In this document: positions 38,446-49,465 of the stretch, in pieces
Position numbering within the stretch: the stretch's first letter is position 1
How the letters are laid out: each line of letters opens with the position of its first letter
NCBI GenBank assembly: GCA_033723415.1
Contig: JAWVXD010000007.1
Location: forward strand, 32,001 to 96,000
Reading direction: 5' to 3'
Source: Sulfurospirillaceae bacterium
GTDB taxonomy: Bacteria > Campylobacterota > Campylobacteria > Campylobacterales > Sulfurospirillaceae
Length of the DNA: 64,000 bases
The notes under the pieces: generated by a model
Database searches by the model: none
What the model saw: the letters and a program-made list of their open reading frames with translations, nothing else
Told to the model about the DNA's origin: nothing
Program-made: the position numbers and the translations under genes

Positions 38446-41079
38446 TGTTGCTTTCTCTTCTACTTCTTTGAAGCTTTCTATGTAATCACCGACTTTTATG
38501 TCATTGTAGCCATCGATTCCGATACCGCATTCGTATCCTTTAGCTACTTCTCTCACATCATCTTTAAATCTTTTTAGTGATGAAACGGTTCCCTCATGGA
38601 TAATCACGCCATCGCGGATCAATCTGACTTTAACGCCTCTATTGATAGATCCGTCCGTTACTATACATCCGGCTATTGAGCCTATTTTTGGAACGCTAAA
38701 TACTTCTCTTACTTCAGCTTGTCCTATATTTTCTTCTCTTATTACAGGAGCAAGCATTCCAACTACCAAACTTTTTACGTCATCTATCAAGTCATATATA
38801 ATGTTATAAGTTTTTATCTCAACACCGCTACTTTTGGCTCTCTCTTTGACGCTTCCGGTAGGTCTTACATTGAATCCAAGTATTATACAATTTTCACTGG
38901 CACTTGCAAGAGCTACGTCACTCTCCGTGATACCGCCTATTCCGGAACTGATAATATCAATCTTGGTTTCTTCTGTTTTTATTTTTTCTAATGAGCCTTT
39001 TATCGCTTCAAGTGAACCGCCTGTATCTGCTTTTATAATAACAGGTAAACTTTTTAATGCACCCTCGGCGATCATAGCGCTTAACTCGTCAATAGTTACT
39101 TTTGTTGATTTTGATAGCTCTTTTTGTCTTAAGTATTCTGCTCTTTTCTTAGCATACTCTCTTGCAATCTTGTCACTAGCGACACTCACAAGTTTCTCCC
39201 CTGCTTCCGGTACTGCGCTAAGACCTAAAACCACAACAGGCTCGCCAGGTTTTGCTTCTTTAACGGCATTTCCTTCATCATCCAAAAGTGCTTTGACCTT
39301 ACCGTACGCAACACCTGCAACAACTGTGTCACCTACTCTTAGAGTACCGTTTTGTACAACTACTGTCGATACGGTACCTTTTCCTTTTTCAACGGAACTT
39401 TCTATAACTGTAGCTTTTGCTTCTTTTGTCGGATCTGCTTTTAGCTCCAATACTTCTGATTGGATCAATAATACTTCCAATAGCTCATCAATTCCCATAC
39501 CTGTTTTTGCACTTATTCCAACAAATTCATGCTCTCCACCCCAATCAACCGGAGTAATGTCTAGTTCTGCCAATTGTGATTTCACAAGGTCAGGATTTGC
39601 GTTTTCTTTATCCATTTTATTGACTGCTATAACTATAGGTACATTTGCGGCTTTTGAATGTTCTATTGCTTCTTTTGTTTGAGGCATCACACCGTCGTCT
39701 GCAGCGACTACTATAATTACAATATCTGTCACTTCAGCGCCGCGAGATCTCATCTGAGTAAATGCTTCGTGACCCGGAGTATCTATAAATGTTATGTTTT
39801 TACCGTTTTTCTCGACCATGTACGCACCGACATGCTGAGTAATCCCACCGGCTTCACCGCTTGCTACTTTTGAGCTTCTTATATAATCAAGAAGTGAGGT
39901 TTTACCATGATCGACATGACCCATGATGGTGACAACAGGGGTTCTCTCCACTAAGTTTTGCTCTGTGCTATCTTCATATTGTTTTACATAGTCAAATTCT
40001 TCTTGTTCATCTACCGTAGTAACTGAGAGATCAAAAGAGTCTGCAAGTATTTCGATTGCGTCTTTATCTAAAAAGTCATTTTTAGTAACCATTACACCTA
40101 GAGTAAATAATTCTTTTATAACTTCGCCTATCGTTTTATTTATCTTCTCTGCAAATTCATAAACTCTGATATCTTCAGGAATCTCTATAGAATTAACAAC
40201 TTCTACATCTTTTTCTTCCACTCTTCGTCTTCTTCTTTTCTTCGTCTGTCTTTGGATTCCCTGATTTAGAAAGTTAGATTTTTTAGTACTCTTCATTTGA
40301 GAAGGATCGATTTTCTTTTTGTATTCTTCTTTTACTTCTTGCTTGACGGTAAAATCAGGTAACACTACCATCTCTTCTTCGATCTCTAAAGAGATATCTT
40401 TCATCTCCAAGTCTAATTCTAGATTGATTTTTTGATTTTGGCTGCTTTTTTGAGGTAGAGTTTTTTTGACTTTTTTCTTCTTCTTCGGTACTTCCTGTCC
40501 TGAACCGAATACAGATTCTATAGGATTTACTCTTTTTTCCGTATTATATGGAGACTTTTGTGCTACTTTTACATCATCGTCAAAGATCTTCTTGGCTTCA
40601 GCTTTTCGTTCTTCTGATTTTCTATTTTTTTTGACTATTACCAAACCTCTTCTTTTTCTGACATTTGCAGATAAAGAAACTTTCTCTTTTTCTATTTCTT
40701 CTTTAGCCGGAGTTTCCACTTTTGGTTTGCTTACCTCTTCTTTTGCAACTTCTTTTACTTTTATTGCTTGAGGTTTTTCCACAACGGTCTCTGTTTTCTT
40801 CTCTTCTTTGATTTCAACTTTTTGATTAGTAGCAGGTTTAATGGTCTCTTTTTTTACAATTTTAGGCTCTTCTTCTTTCTCAACTTCTTTCACGGAAGTA
40901 TTATCAGGAGAAACTTTTTCGCCAGTTAAAATAAAATTTATAAGGCTTTCAGCTTCTTCGGGACTGACACCGCTGGATGCGGCTTTCACGTCGAATCCCA
41001 TCTCAACTGCTTTTTCTACTATATCTTTGCTTTTAATTCCCATCTCTTTTGCTATCTCATGTATACGGATCTTACCCAT
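38440..41079 (-). CDS. infB: Translation initiation factor IF-2
   Basis: [35 protein letters not shown]. Confidence 0.98.
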   Translation of the reverse strand: MGKIRIHEIAKEMGIKSKDIVEKAVEMGFDVKAASSGVSPEEAESLINFILTGEKVSPDNTSVKEVEKEEEPKIVKKETIKPATNQKVEIKEEKKTETVVEKPQAIKVKEVAKEEVSKPKVETPAKEEIEKEKVSLSANVRKRRGLVIVKKNRKSEERKAEAKKIFDDDVKVAQKSPYNTEKRVNPIESVFGSGQEVPKKKKKVKKTLPQKSSQNQKINLELDLEMKDISLEIEEEMVVLPDFTVKQEVKEEYKKKIDPSQMKSTKKSNFLNQGIQRQTKKRRRRRVEEKDVEVVNSIEIPEDIRVYEFAEKINKTIGEVIKELFTLGVMVTKNDFLDKDAIEILADSFDLSVTTVDEQEEFDYVKQYEDSTEQNLVERTPVVTIMGHVDHGKTSLLDYIRSSKVASGEAGGITQHVGAYMVEKNGKNITFIDTPGHEAFTQMRSRGAEVTDIVIIVVAADDGVMPQTKEAIEHSKAANVPIVIAVNKMDKENANPDLVKSQLAELDITPVDWGGEHEFVGISAKTGMGIDELLEVLLIQSEVLELKADPTKEAKATVIESSVEKGKGTVSTVVVQNGTLRVGDTVVAGVAYGKVKALLDDEGNAVKEAKPGEPVVVLGLSAVPEAGEKLVSVASDKIAREYAKKRAEYLRQKELSKSTKVTIDELSAMIAEGALKSLPVIIKADTGGSLEAIKGSLEKIKTEETKIDIISSGIGGITESDVALASASENCIILGFNVRPTGSVKERAKSSGVEIKTYNIIYDLIDDVKSLVVGMLAPVIREENIGQAEVREVFSVPKIGSIAGCIVTDGSINRGVKVRLIRDGVIIHEGTVSSLKRFKDDVREVAKGYECGIGIDGYNDIKVGDYIESFKEVEEKATL

Positions 41080-41359
41080 TCGCGCCTAACTCCTTCAATA
41101 TTTTGCCAAAATCTTCAATATTTTCATATCTTATTCTAAATTTATTGTTTAAGATTTTTATTAATCTATTTTTTTCGCTCTCGATGCACTTTGAACATAC
41201 ATAGAAGCTTCTCCCAGCTTTTTGAAAATTTACAAGCTTTTTATTATTTTCTTGAAAGCGGTATAAACCTTTTTGGGGAAATCTGCCTCTGCATACAATA
41301 CACATACGCGTAGCGTCATTTAATTCGCTTATTGTATCAGAATTTATCTGTTTTTTCAC
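41072..41359 (-). CDS. YlxR/DUF448 protein
   Basis: [14 protein letters not shown]; upstream of infB. Confidence 0.85.
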   Translation of the reverse strand: MKKQINSDTISELNDATRMCIVCRGRFPQKGLYRFQENNKKLVNFQKAGRSFYVCSKCIESEKNRLIKILNNKFRIRYENIEDFGKILKELGANG

Positions 41360-41372
41360 TTTTACCGCTTTT

Positions 41373-42266
41373 TTAAATGTTTTTTTCTATAGTATAACCA
41401 TTGTTATCAAAATCAAATATTTCAACTCTAAAATCTTGGAACTCCTTCTGTAGTGCATCTTTTATCGCTATTGCATCATCAATATAACACATATTAAAAA
41501 AAGATGATCCACTACCTGATAACGTACTCATAAGTGCACCGTTTTTTAGAGCTGTTTTTTGTACTTTTTTCAATTCCGGCATACTTTCCATCCGTTTATC
41601 TTGATGAATACAATCTTTTGATCCCAATTTCAGCATTTCCCAATTCTCGCTAAAAAAAGCTGAACTTAAAAATGAGGACCTAGCAACATTATAAACTACA
41701 CTCTGCATAGAAAAGTTTTTCGGTAGCTTACTGCGAGAATGCTCCGTAGACATAGGTTTATCAGGAATTACCATAACTGCTTTTAGATTATCCGGTATAA
41801 CTTTTTTCAAAGAATATACTTCTGAGTTTTCAACTATCGAGCTTACAAAACCCCCATAAACGGCTGGAGATATGTTATCCGGATGAGACTCGTAAAAAAG
41901 TGCTCTATTTAAGATCTTATTTTTGTCTGCTTTCACAAGAGCCATCTCATATGCACTCGCAATTGCACTGACGATGACTGCTGAACTGCTGCCTAGTCCT
42001 CTGGCAAAAGGTATTTGATTGTTAAATTCAAATCTAAAAAAATCTTTTTCACCGCTTAATTCTTGATATACGTCATTAAATATAGAAAGAAACATATTGT
42101 TCTTTTTCAATCTTGTGTTTTTTTCACCTTCACCTTTGATAGAAACACTGTGAAAACTTGATGGTTTTATGATAATTTCATTGTACAAACTGATGGCAAG
42201 ACCAAGTGCATCAAAACCTGGACCTAGATTTGCACTTGTGGCTGGTATCTTTATCTTTAAATTCAC
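41373..42266 (-). CDS. thrB: Homoserine kinase
   Basis: PATSANLGPGFD, ARGLGSSS, HPDN, LSGSG. Confidence 0.97.
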   Translation of the reverse strand: MNLKIKIPATSANLGPGFDALGLAISLYNEIIIKPSSFHSVSIKGEGEKNTRLKKNNMFLSIFNDVYQELSGEKDFFRFEFNNQIPFARGLGSSSAVIVSAIASAYEMALVKADKNKILNRALFYESHPDNISPAVYGGFVSSIVENSEVYSLKKVIPDNLKAVMVIPDKPMSTEHSRSKLPKNFSMQSVVYNVARSSFLSSAFFSENWEMLKLGSKDCIHQDKRMESMPELKKVQKTALKNGALMSTLSGSGSSFFNMCYIDDAIAIKDALQKEFQDFRVEIFDFDNNGYTIEKNI

Positions 42267-42280
42267 TAAATATTCCTCAT

Positions 42281-42715
42281 TTATACTGCCGGTAAAACAT
42301 ACAGCGGATCACAATTTGTTGAAAACAAATCTTTTTTTAACACTTCCGGCAATTCTAATTTATTGTCTATTTCATCATCTATTACACTTGTAATGATCTC
42401 TTTATCTTCTTTTATAAAATAAACTTTTTTCATTGCTTTTATGGGCGAGTTGTTATTGAAACAAAAACCATCTGCTGCAAATATATTTATATTCAGGCTT
42501 GTACTTAACGTTTTCAAAAATATATAGGCAACCTTTATAGCCATGAAGCTTCCCGGACCATTTGCAAAAAATATATTTTTAATATCATAATTATCTAGGA
42601 TTTTAGAAAATAAGATCGGAAGCATATCACTTGTTTTACCAAATTCTTCATATTTCTCAATCAATCTATCGTTTTGATATATCCCAATCAATAAAGGAGA
42701 AGACAAGGCAATCAC
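42281..42715 (-). CDS. Short TsaB-like (M22/glycoprotease) protein
   Basis: NGPGSFMAIK; between lpxC and thrB; start uncertain. Confidence 0.75.
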   Translation of the reverse strand: MIALSSPLLIGIYQNDRLIEKYEEFGKTSDMLPILFSKILDNYDIKNIFFANGPGSFMAIKVAYIFLKTLSTSLNINIFAADGFCFNNNSPIKAMKKVYFIKEDKEIITSVIDDEIDNKLELPEVLKKDLFSTNCDPLYVLPAV

Positions 42716-42729
42716 TAAAACATCAACTT

Positions 42730-43614
42730 TTATATAAAAACCTTTTCAAACTCTTTAATAGACTCTTTTGATACTACTTTAAGCTCGTAGTTTTCAGGGT
42801 CTTTGAGTATCTCTTTTGTTAGTCTGTGATTAAGGTTATGACTGCCTGCAAAAGACTCATAATCTCCAATTACAGTAGCACCCAAAAGTGCCAAATCACC
42901 TATGGCATCCAAAATCTTGTGCCTTACAAATTCATCACGATAGCGCAAACCCTCTGGATTTAATATTTTATTGTCATCCAATACTACCGCATTTTCAAGT
43001 GATCCGCCAAGGGCCAGACCTCTGCTTCTTAAGTACTGTACATCTTTTAAAAAGCCAAATGTACGAGCACGTGAAATCTCTTCTATGAAACTTTTTTTAC
43101 TATATTCAAATTTGTAAGACTGAATTCCTATGACTGGATGATCAAAGTCAATATCAAAACTGTATGTAGGAGTAAGTGATGGTTTAACTCTCGCAAATTT
43201 TTTACCGTCACTTACTTCAATTTCTCTTTTAATAATCAAAAAGTTTTTATTTTCTTCTAAAACCCTTTTTCCTGCTTCATCTAAAAGCATACAAAAACTT
43301 GCACTGCTTCCGTCCATAACAGGTATTTCGGCACTGTCTACAACAATTCTTAAGTTATCTATGCCATATGAGTATACGGCTGAGAGTAGGTGTTCAATAG
43401 TAGAGATTGAATATTCATGATTGCCTATAACTGTAGCCATCTGTGTATTTACTACATTTTCAGGAGTAGCTTTTACGCTCAGTCCGACATCGCTTCTATA
43501 GAAGACTATACCACTGTCTGACTCTAATGGCTCAAGTGCAATTCTTACAGGTTCGCCTTTATGAAGACCGATACCAATACTTTCTACTCTTTTTGCTATT
43601 GTAGTTTGCTTCAT
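42730..43614 (-). CDS. lpxC: UDP-3-O-acyl-GlcNAc deacetylase
   Basis: GIGLHKG, TIEHLLSA, ARTFGF, HKILDAIGDL. Confidence 0.97.
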   Translation of the reverse strand: MKQTTIAKRVESIGIGLHKGEPVRIALEPLESDSGIVFYRSDVGLSVKATPENVVNTQMATVIGNHEYSISTIEHLLSAVYSYGIDNLRIVVDSAEIPVMDGSSASFCMLLDEAGKRVLEENKNFLIIKREIEVSDGKKFARVKPSLTPTYSFDIDFDHPVIGIQSYKFEYSKKSFIEEISRARTFGFLKDVQYLRSRGLALGGSLENAVVLDDNKILNPEGLRYRDEFVRHKILDAIGDLALLGATVIGDYESFAGSHNLNHRLTKEILKDPENYELKVVSKESIKEFEKVFI

Positions 43615-43732
43615 AAAAACTCTATACACAAAAACAAATTACTTCTACCTCACACTTTCTTTATTATTGATTATATCAACTTTATCATAACAAGCAAAAA
43701 TAATACCAGATGAAATTATACTATTTTTTATG

Positions 43733-45118
43733 CTAATTTCTATCTATTATTTTTTTTGATGCTGCAATTATATCTGAAATATTTATTTTCATCCATGATT
43801 TATCCATCCATTCTTCCGGTCTTACTTCTATCCCTTGTATCAAGACACCAAAATGAAGATGATCTCCCAATGCCAATCCTGTTGATCCTGTTTTTGCAAC
43901 TATTTGATTTGGTTTGATCTTGTCTCCCACATTTACTAAAAATCTTGAACAATGTCCGTACAATGTATAAAGACCTAAACCGTGATATATGATCAAATTG
44001 TTTCCATATATCCCGTTTGGCTGTGCAAAAACAACTGTTCCACTGTTTTTACTTCTGATATTTGCAAATCTGATACTGGCAAGATCGATACCCAAATGGT
44101 ATGCCTGACTAACTTCTTGTCCATCATAGCTATAAAAACGATGATCTCCAAAACTTGCAACTGCCGCACTGTTTTTAAGTGGATAAAAAGGGTGTAATTT
44201 AAAATTGCTGATCATTGTTGTGTCTGTTGGATCTGTTGCTTTGTCGATATTCTTTTCATTGATACTTCTAAGCTTTTCATTTATTGCTTTGAATTTTTCT
44301 ATTTTTGAAGCATTTGACAACTCAGGCATGATCTCTGATATGAGATTGCTTATCTTTCCGTCTAAAAATGAATCTTTTAAAGTAAGTTTTGATAATTTGT
44401 ATTTTTTGTCTTGTAAAAATAGTCTTACTCTGCTTTTACTTATATTCCCCGCATCATCAGTTGCAACAACTGTCGCTCTAAAGTTTTTACTTTGTACGGG
44501 CCATGCAAGTAATGAAATATAATATCCCTTTTTATAAAATGGTGTCGGGTAGAATTTTTTACCAAAATTTGTCTCAATGTACAGGTCTTTTAAATTTTCA
44601 TCTGTTGCCTTGAAAACGACTACTGCCGCTCCACCTTCAGTTATTTTGTATGAATTGGCTATAACATATAACTCAGGTCTTTTTCTGTCTATTTTTAAAT
44701 AAACAACTTTTTTTGCCGTATTGCCGGATAAAAAGTTCCATTTACTTGTATCGGTTACTTGTATCATCAATTGAAAATTTTTCTTTGTGCTAACGAAACC
44801 TGTTCTTGGAAATGTAATATCAAGACTTTGCGTTTTAGAAATCTTATTATAAACTTTTTTCATAAGGGAAATTGTATTTTTACCATCGCTCAAAGTAATT
44901 CTGACAAATTTGATACCGCTATCATCGCTCAAATTCAACTTCAAAGGTTTTTGTAAATTCCAATCTATTTTGCTTGCTATATCAATTTTTGGTGCATTTC
45001 TCTCAAACATTGAAGAATTGTATAAATAACCTAATGCACCTATTATGATGATCAATATTACTGCGATTACTATACCCGCTGAACCTCTTCTTGTAGTAAA
45101 AAACTTATTATTTGTCAT
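43733..45118 (-). CDS. M23 family peptidoglycan peptidase (Csd3-like)
   Basis: N-terminal TM; HLGID, YGH, HLHF. Confidence 0.9.
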   Translation of the reverse strand: MTNNKFFTTRRGSAGIVIAVILIIIIGALGYLYNSSMFERNAPKIDIASKIDWNLQKPLKLNLSDDSGIKFVRITLSDGKNTISLMKKVYNKISKTQSLDITFPRTGFVSTKKNFQLMIQVTDTSKWNFLSGNTAKKVVYLKIDRKRPELYVIANSYKITEGGAAVVVFKATDENLKDLYIETNFGKKFYPTPFYKKGYYISLLAWPVQSKNFRATVVATDDAGNISKSRVRLFLQDKKYKLSKLTLKDSFLDGKISNLISEIMPELSNASKIEKFKAINEKLRSINEKNIDKATDPTDTTMISNFKLHPFYPLKNSAAVASFGDHRFYSYDGQEVSQAYHLGIDLASIRFANIRSKNSGTVVFAQPNGIYGNNLIIYHGLGLYTLYGHCSRFLVNVGDKIKPNQIVAKTGSTGLALGDHLHFGVLIQGIEVRPEEWMDKSWMKINISDIIAASKKIIDRN

Positions 45119-46052
45119 ATTCCATAATCCTTTTTAATATCATAGCTTTTAAGTCTAAAAAACTATCATCTTTGTTTTCAAATCCAGCCGAATTCTTATG
45201 TCCTCCACCGCCAAATTTCGTAGCAACAGCAGAAATGTCAACATTTTCTTTGCTTCTCATTGAAACTTTAAATCCGCCATGTTTTTCTTCCAAGACCATG
45301 ACCGCAACTTTAACAGTTGCCATATCCCTTAATATATTTATTATATTTTTTGTATCGTATCTTCTCGCACCGGTTTGTGCTAATACCTCTTTATCTATAT
45401 AAATAAACGCAATTTGTGCATCAAAATGCAATTCAAAATTGTTCAAAATATATGCCAGCAATCTTACTTTTGCCAGTGACTGCCTACTTTTTAAAGAACC
45501 GGCTATAAAAGATGCACTAGCTCCTAAACTGACTAGTTTAGATGCAGCATCAAAGGTAAATTCATTTAGATTACCGTACGAAAAGAAACCTGTATCTTCA
45601 GCCATTGCCGTATAAAGGCAAGTTGCGCAATCTTTTGATATTTTAATGCCGTTTTTAAGCAATAAATCATAGACAACCAATCCGGCGCTAGAGTGACTTA
45701 CGTTGACAAGATTCATGTCTCCAAAGTATTCGCTGGTCTTGTGATGATCTATATTTATCAAAGTATAATCACCCTGATCAATTTTCAATCTATCAAAACT
45801 TCCACAATCACAGCTAACTACTACGTCAAATCTAGCAGGCGGTTTATCTTTTATTTTATTAATGTTAGGCAAAAAATCATAAATCTTAGGCAACACTTTT
45901 GTTGCATTGTATAAAGATACTTTTTTATTTGATCTTTTTAATGCATCATACATAGCTAACACACAGCCTAGCGTGTCACCATCAGGGTTTACATGCGATA
46001 CCAATAAAATATGCTCTGCGTCAATAATAGTCTGCCAGGCTTTTTTATACAT
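45108..46052 (-). CDS. DHH/DHHA1 phosphoesterase (NrnA-like)
   Basis: HVNPDGD, NIDHH, DTG, GGGGH. Confidence 0.92.
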   Translation of the reverse strand: MYKKAWQTIIDAEHILLVSHVNPDGDTLGCVLAMYDALKRSNKKVSLYNATKVLPKIYDFLPNINKIKDKPPARFDVVVSCDCGSFDRLKIDQGDYTLINIDHHKTSEYFGDMNLVNVSHSSAGLVVYDLLLKNGIKISKDCATCLYTAMAEDTGFFSYGNLNEFTFDAASKLVSLGASASFIAGSLKSRQSLAKVRLLAYILNNFELHFDAQIAFIYIDKEVLAQTGARRYDTKNIINILRDMATVKVAVMVLEEKHGGFKVSMRSKENVDISAVATKFGGGGHKNSAGFENKDDSFLDLKAMILKRIMEYDK

Positions 46053-46173
46053 ATAAACTCCATCCGTAAAAGCTTAAAATTATACTTAATTCTTCATAAA
46101 AAGTTATTTAAAAACATCCTGACAAACATTTAATTACATGATATAATTACTGCACTTAGTTCGTGGAGTAAAA

Positions 46174-46863
46174 ATGGAAAATTGCAATGCTTTAGATATC
46201 TTATCTGACAAAAAAGTACTATACGCAGAAGATGAAGAAGGAATCCGCAGAAATGTTACAGAAGTACTGGAACTGTTTTTCCAAAAAGTAATAGCCGTAA
46301 ATGACGGTAAAGAAGCACTGGATGAGATGGTTTTAAATAGTTATGATATTTTAATATTTGATATTTGTATGCCGAATATGGACGGTTTAGAAGCTATTAA
46401 AAAAGTTAGAAAAAACAACAAAAAAATCCCAATAATAATACTTTCAGCACATACGGAACAAGATTATCTCTGGAGAGCCGTTGAGTTAAAAATCACAAAA
46501 TATTTAACGAAACCTTATGATAAAGATACTCTTATTGAAGCACTAAAAGCAGCTGCCCTAGAGTTAATTGACAATAATCTTCAAATCAAACTTACAAAAG
46601 AGAGCATTTACAATCCATGTACAAAAAGCGTCTTACACAACTCTGTAGATATAAAACTTTCCAAAAGCGAAAGCAGACTGCTGGAATATCTAATCAAAAG
46701 AGCAAATCAAAGCGTTACCTTTGAAGATATATATGATTATATATGGGAATTTGAAATTCCAAGTAAAGAAGCTATCAAATCTATCATCAAAGAACTACGC
46801 AAAAAAATAGGAAAAGAGTGCATAAAAAATATATACGGCATAGGATATATGCTTGAAATATAA
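46174..46863 (+). CDS. OmpR-family response regulator
   Basis: AEDE, DICMP, YLTKP; winged-helix tail KNIYGIGY; TGaTATAAT at 46139-46147. Confidence 0.93.
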   Translation: MENCNALDILSDKKVLYAEDEEGIRRNVTEVLELFFQKVIAVNDGKEALDEMVLNSYDILIFDICMPNMDGLEAIKKVRKNNKKIPIIILSAHTEQDYLWRAVELKITKYLTKPYDKDTLIEALKAAALELIDNNLQIKLTKESIYNPCTKSVLHNSVDIKLSKSESRLLEYLIKRANQSVTFEDIYDYIWEFEIPSKEAIKSIIKELRKKIGKECIKNIYGIGYMLEI

Positions 46864-48583
46864 AAATAATTTAAAGTTTTTTTCGGTCAAAACAAAAACC
46901 ATAGTACTGGTATTGGCTATCTATTTCATCCTTTCGGCGATATTCTTTTTCATAAGATATCTAGACATAAAAGATTTTGCCATCTCCAATCAAAATGCAG
47001 AACTTAAAAGAGTTACTCAGGTTTATCAAGAGACTCTTGATAGAACAAAAAAATTCTATACTACCAGAGGATATGCTAATATAAACTCTTTTGGAATCAA
47101 AGAAGCATTTGAAAAAAAAGATGTTATTTCTCTACATAAACTTAGTCTTCCTAGATGGAACATCATAAACAAAGAGAATCCATATCTAAAGTCATTTTGT
47201 TTTTATGACAAAGATGGAAACCTTCTAACATATTTTGGTAAAGAACCTGAGCACAAACTGCCATATACCAAAAGCTTTCCGAAGCCTTATGACGGTTTTT
47301 GGTACAATAATAATACTTTTAATTATCATACGGTCTCAGAAGCTAGAGATAAAGATTCAAAAATCACAGGTTATGTTGTATTTGTTATAGATCCAAGATA
47401 TTTTTTATCTGAGATTAGAAAACTTATCAATATTTTTGCTTTTATAACTTATGAAAAACCTAGTCAAAAAGATTTGGTTTTCATGCTTAAAAATGATAAT
47501 ACTACTAAAGATATCATCAAACATAATAGAATAAAAAGTTCTTCTGAAATAAGAACTAATAACGGGATCTTTTTACCTTATATAATAGAAGGCAAAGGTA
47601 TAACCAAACAAAACCACTTTCAAATCATATTTTTACAAGATATTCTACATTGGAAAAAAATTCTGCAAAAGGCTATATTGCAAAGTCTTATAGTCATGAT
47701 CATATTAGTACTCATAACAATCATGATCATAAACTACGGCTTTGAGATCATATTAAAAGAGCTAGATGAATCTAATGAAAAATTACGAAAAAGTCAAAAT
47801 GAGCTGGAAGAATTAAACAAAAACCTTCAAATCAAGATAGAAGAAGAGATACAATTGAAGCTTATCAAAGAGAGAGAAGCAAATGAAAAAGAGAGGATAT
47901 TGGCTCATCAAAGCAAACTGGCAAGCATGGGAGAGATGATAGGCAATATCGCTCATCAATGGAGACAGCCTTTGACCGAACTCTCCTCCATATTGATCAA
48001 TATGGAATTGCATTTTGAACGAGATAAACTGACAAAAGAAAAATTTCACACAAAGGTGCAAGAGGCAAATGAACAGATAGTATTTATGTCAAAGACCATA
48101 GATGATTTTAGAAACTTTTTTTCTTCAGGCAAGAAAAAAGAGACGACAAAGATATCCACTATCATAAATAAAGTAAACAATCTCATGAATGCATCTTTAA
48201 AAAATAATAATATAAATTTTAAGATAGAAATAATAGATGATTTTGAAGTCTACTGCTATCCGAACGAGATATCTCAAGCACTTCTAAACATAATCAGCAA
48301 TGCCAAAGATATCATGCTTGAAAATACTATAAACAATGCCAAAATCTCAATTAAGGCATTTACAAAAGGAGAAAAACACATAGTTACCATAGAAGACAAT
48401 GCCGGTGGAATAAAAGTCACTCCTATAGATAAGATTTTTGAACCTTACTTTAGTACAAAACACGCTAAAAGCGGAACCGGTATCGGTCTTTACATGACAA
48501 AGACAATAATCGAAAAAAACAATAACGGCAAAATCGAGATAGCAAACTCACCTACAGGAGCTATTTTTACTATAATTCTCTAA
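46853..48583 (+). CDS. Sensor histidine kinase (periplasmic Cache-like region)
   Basis: Two TMs; IAHQWRQPL; NIISNAKD; DNAGG; GTGIGL. Confidence 0.93.
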   Translation: MKYKNNLKFFSVKTKTIVLVLAIYFILSAIFFFIRYLDIKDFAISNQNAELKRVTQVYQETLDRTKKFYTTRGYANINSFGIKEAFEKKDVISLHKLSLPRWNIINKENPYLKSFCFYDKDGNLLTYFGKEPEHKLPYTKSFPKPYDGFWYNNNTFNYHTVSEARDKDSKITGYVVFVIDPRYFLSEIRKLINIFAFITYEKPSQKDLVFMLKNDNTTKDIIKHNRIKSSSEIRTNNGIFLPYIIEGKGITKQNHFQIIFLQDILHWKKILQKAILQSLIVMIILVLITIMIINYGFEIILKELDESNEKLRKSQNELEELNKNLQIKIEEEIQLKLIKEREANEKERILAHQSKLASMGEMIGNIAHQWRQPLTELSSILINMELHFERDKLTKEKFHTKVQEANEQIVFMSKTIDDFRNFFSSGKKKETTKISTIINKVNNLMNASLKNNNINFKIEIIDDFEVYCYPNEISQALLNIISNAKDIMLENTINNAKISIKAFTKGEKHIVTIEDNAGGIKVTPIDKIFEPYFSTKHAKSGTGIGLYMTKTIIEKNNNGKIEIANSPTGAIFTIIL

Positions 48584-48597
48584 AATCATTCAAAATC

Positions 48598-48631
48598 TTC
48601 TCCCTATTTCCCCCTTTTGTGTCGTTATACT
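48598..48631 (+). promoter_or_regulatory. Tandem 10-bp direct repeat (TTCTCCCTAT/TTCCCCCTTT) and -10 TATACT of the ttrBCA-like operon
   Basis: Repeats at 48598-48607 and 48608-48617; -10 at 48626-48631; SD AAGGAG. Confidence 0.6.
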
Positions 48632-48655
48632 TCTCTTAAATTAAAAGGAGTAAGT

Positions 48656-49465
48656 ATGGACACTAAAGACAATTCAAGAAGAGGTTTCTTGAAAAAAGGT
48701 CTTGCGTCTACGGCTTTCGCTATGATTGCCGCAACAGGTGCAGAAGCCTTTTCTCTAAAGATCCCTGGGCGTGATGAGAAAGATCCTAAACATATAGGTC
48801 AAGTAGGAAAACACTTTGTAATGGTTCTAGATTTGCGAAAATGTATAGGCTGTCAAGCTTGTACCTCTGTTTGTAAAGTAGAAAATGAAGTTCCTCATGA
48901 CCAGTACAGAACTTTTGTGACCGAAACGGAAATGGGAGAATTCCCCGATGTCAGAAAGGGATTTCTACCACAACTTTGCAATCACTGTAACAATCCTGCC
49001 TGCGTTCCGGTATGTCCGACAGGGGCTACATTCAAAAGAGAAGACGGTATCGTAGTAGTAGATAACGAGATCTGCTGGGGATGCGGATATTGTATCAGTG
49101 CTTGTCCTTATGACAAAAGATACTTTAACAAACGAACCAAAACGGCCGACAAATGTAACTTTTGTGCCCAAAGAGTCGATAAAGGCTTGATGCCGGCATG
49201 TGTCGAAACCTGCGTAGGCGGAGCGAGAGTTTTTGGTGATGCCAATGACAAAAACTCTGATGTACATAAATTGTTAAGTAATTTCTCGACCACGGTTTTG
49301 AAAGAAGCACAAGGTACAAATCCTCAGACATTCTACATCAATTTGGATTCCAAAATTGAAGAACTCTTTTCAACCACTCAAAGCTTAGATGACATCGTAA
49401 AAGCAGAAGAGGGATTTAAATTAGAGTGGGCAAAAACTAGAGCGGAGGCACATAATCATGGATAA
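48656..49465 (+). CDS. ttrB: Tat-exported 4x[4Fe-4S] subunit, TtrB/DsrO/NrfC-like
   Basis: SRRGFLK; CIGCQAC, CNHC..PACVPVCP, CWGCGYCISACP, KCNFC. Confidence 0.8.
   Translation: MDTKDNSRRGFLKKGLASTAFAMIAATGAEAFSLKIPGRDEKDPKHIGQVGKHFVMVLDLRKCIGCQACTSVCKVENEVPHDQYRTFVTETEMGEFPDVRKGFLPQLCNHCNNPACVPVCPTGATFKREDGIVVVDNEICWGCGYCISACPYDKRYFNKRTKTADKCNFCAQRVDKGLMPACVETCVGGARVFGDANDKNSDVHKLLSNFSTTVLKEAQGTNPQTFYINLDSKIEELFSTTQSLDDIVKAEEGFKLEWAKTRAEAHNHG

Noticed and set aside
38834..39682. 282-aa plus-strand ORF and many other antisense ORFs in the track
   Set aside because: Shadow frames of conserved genes (infB, fliM, autotransporters, P-ATPase) with Ser/Ile/Phe-biased composition and no recognisable motifs.
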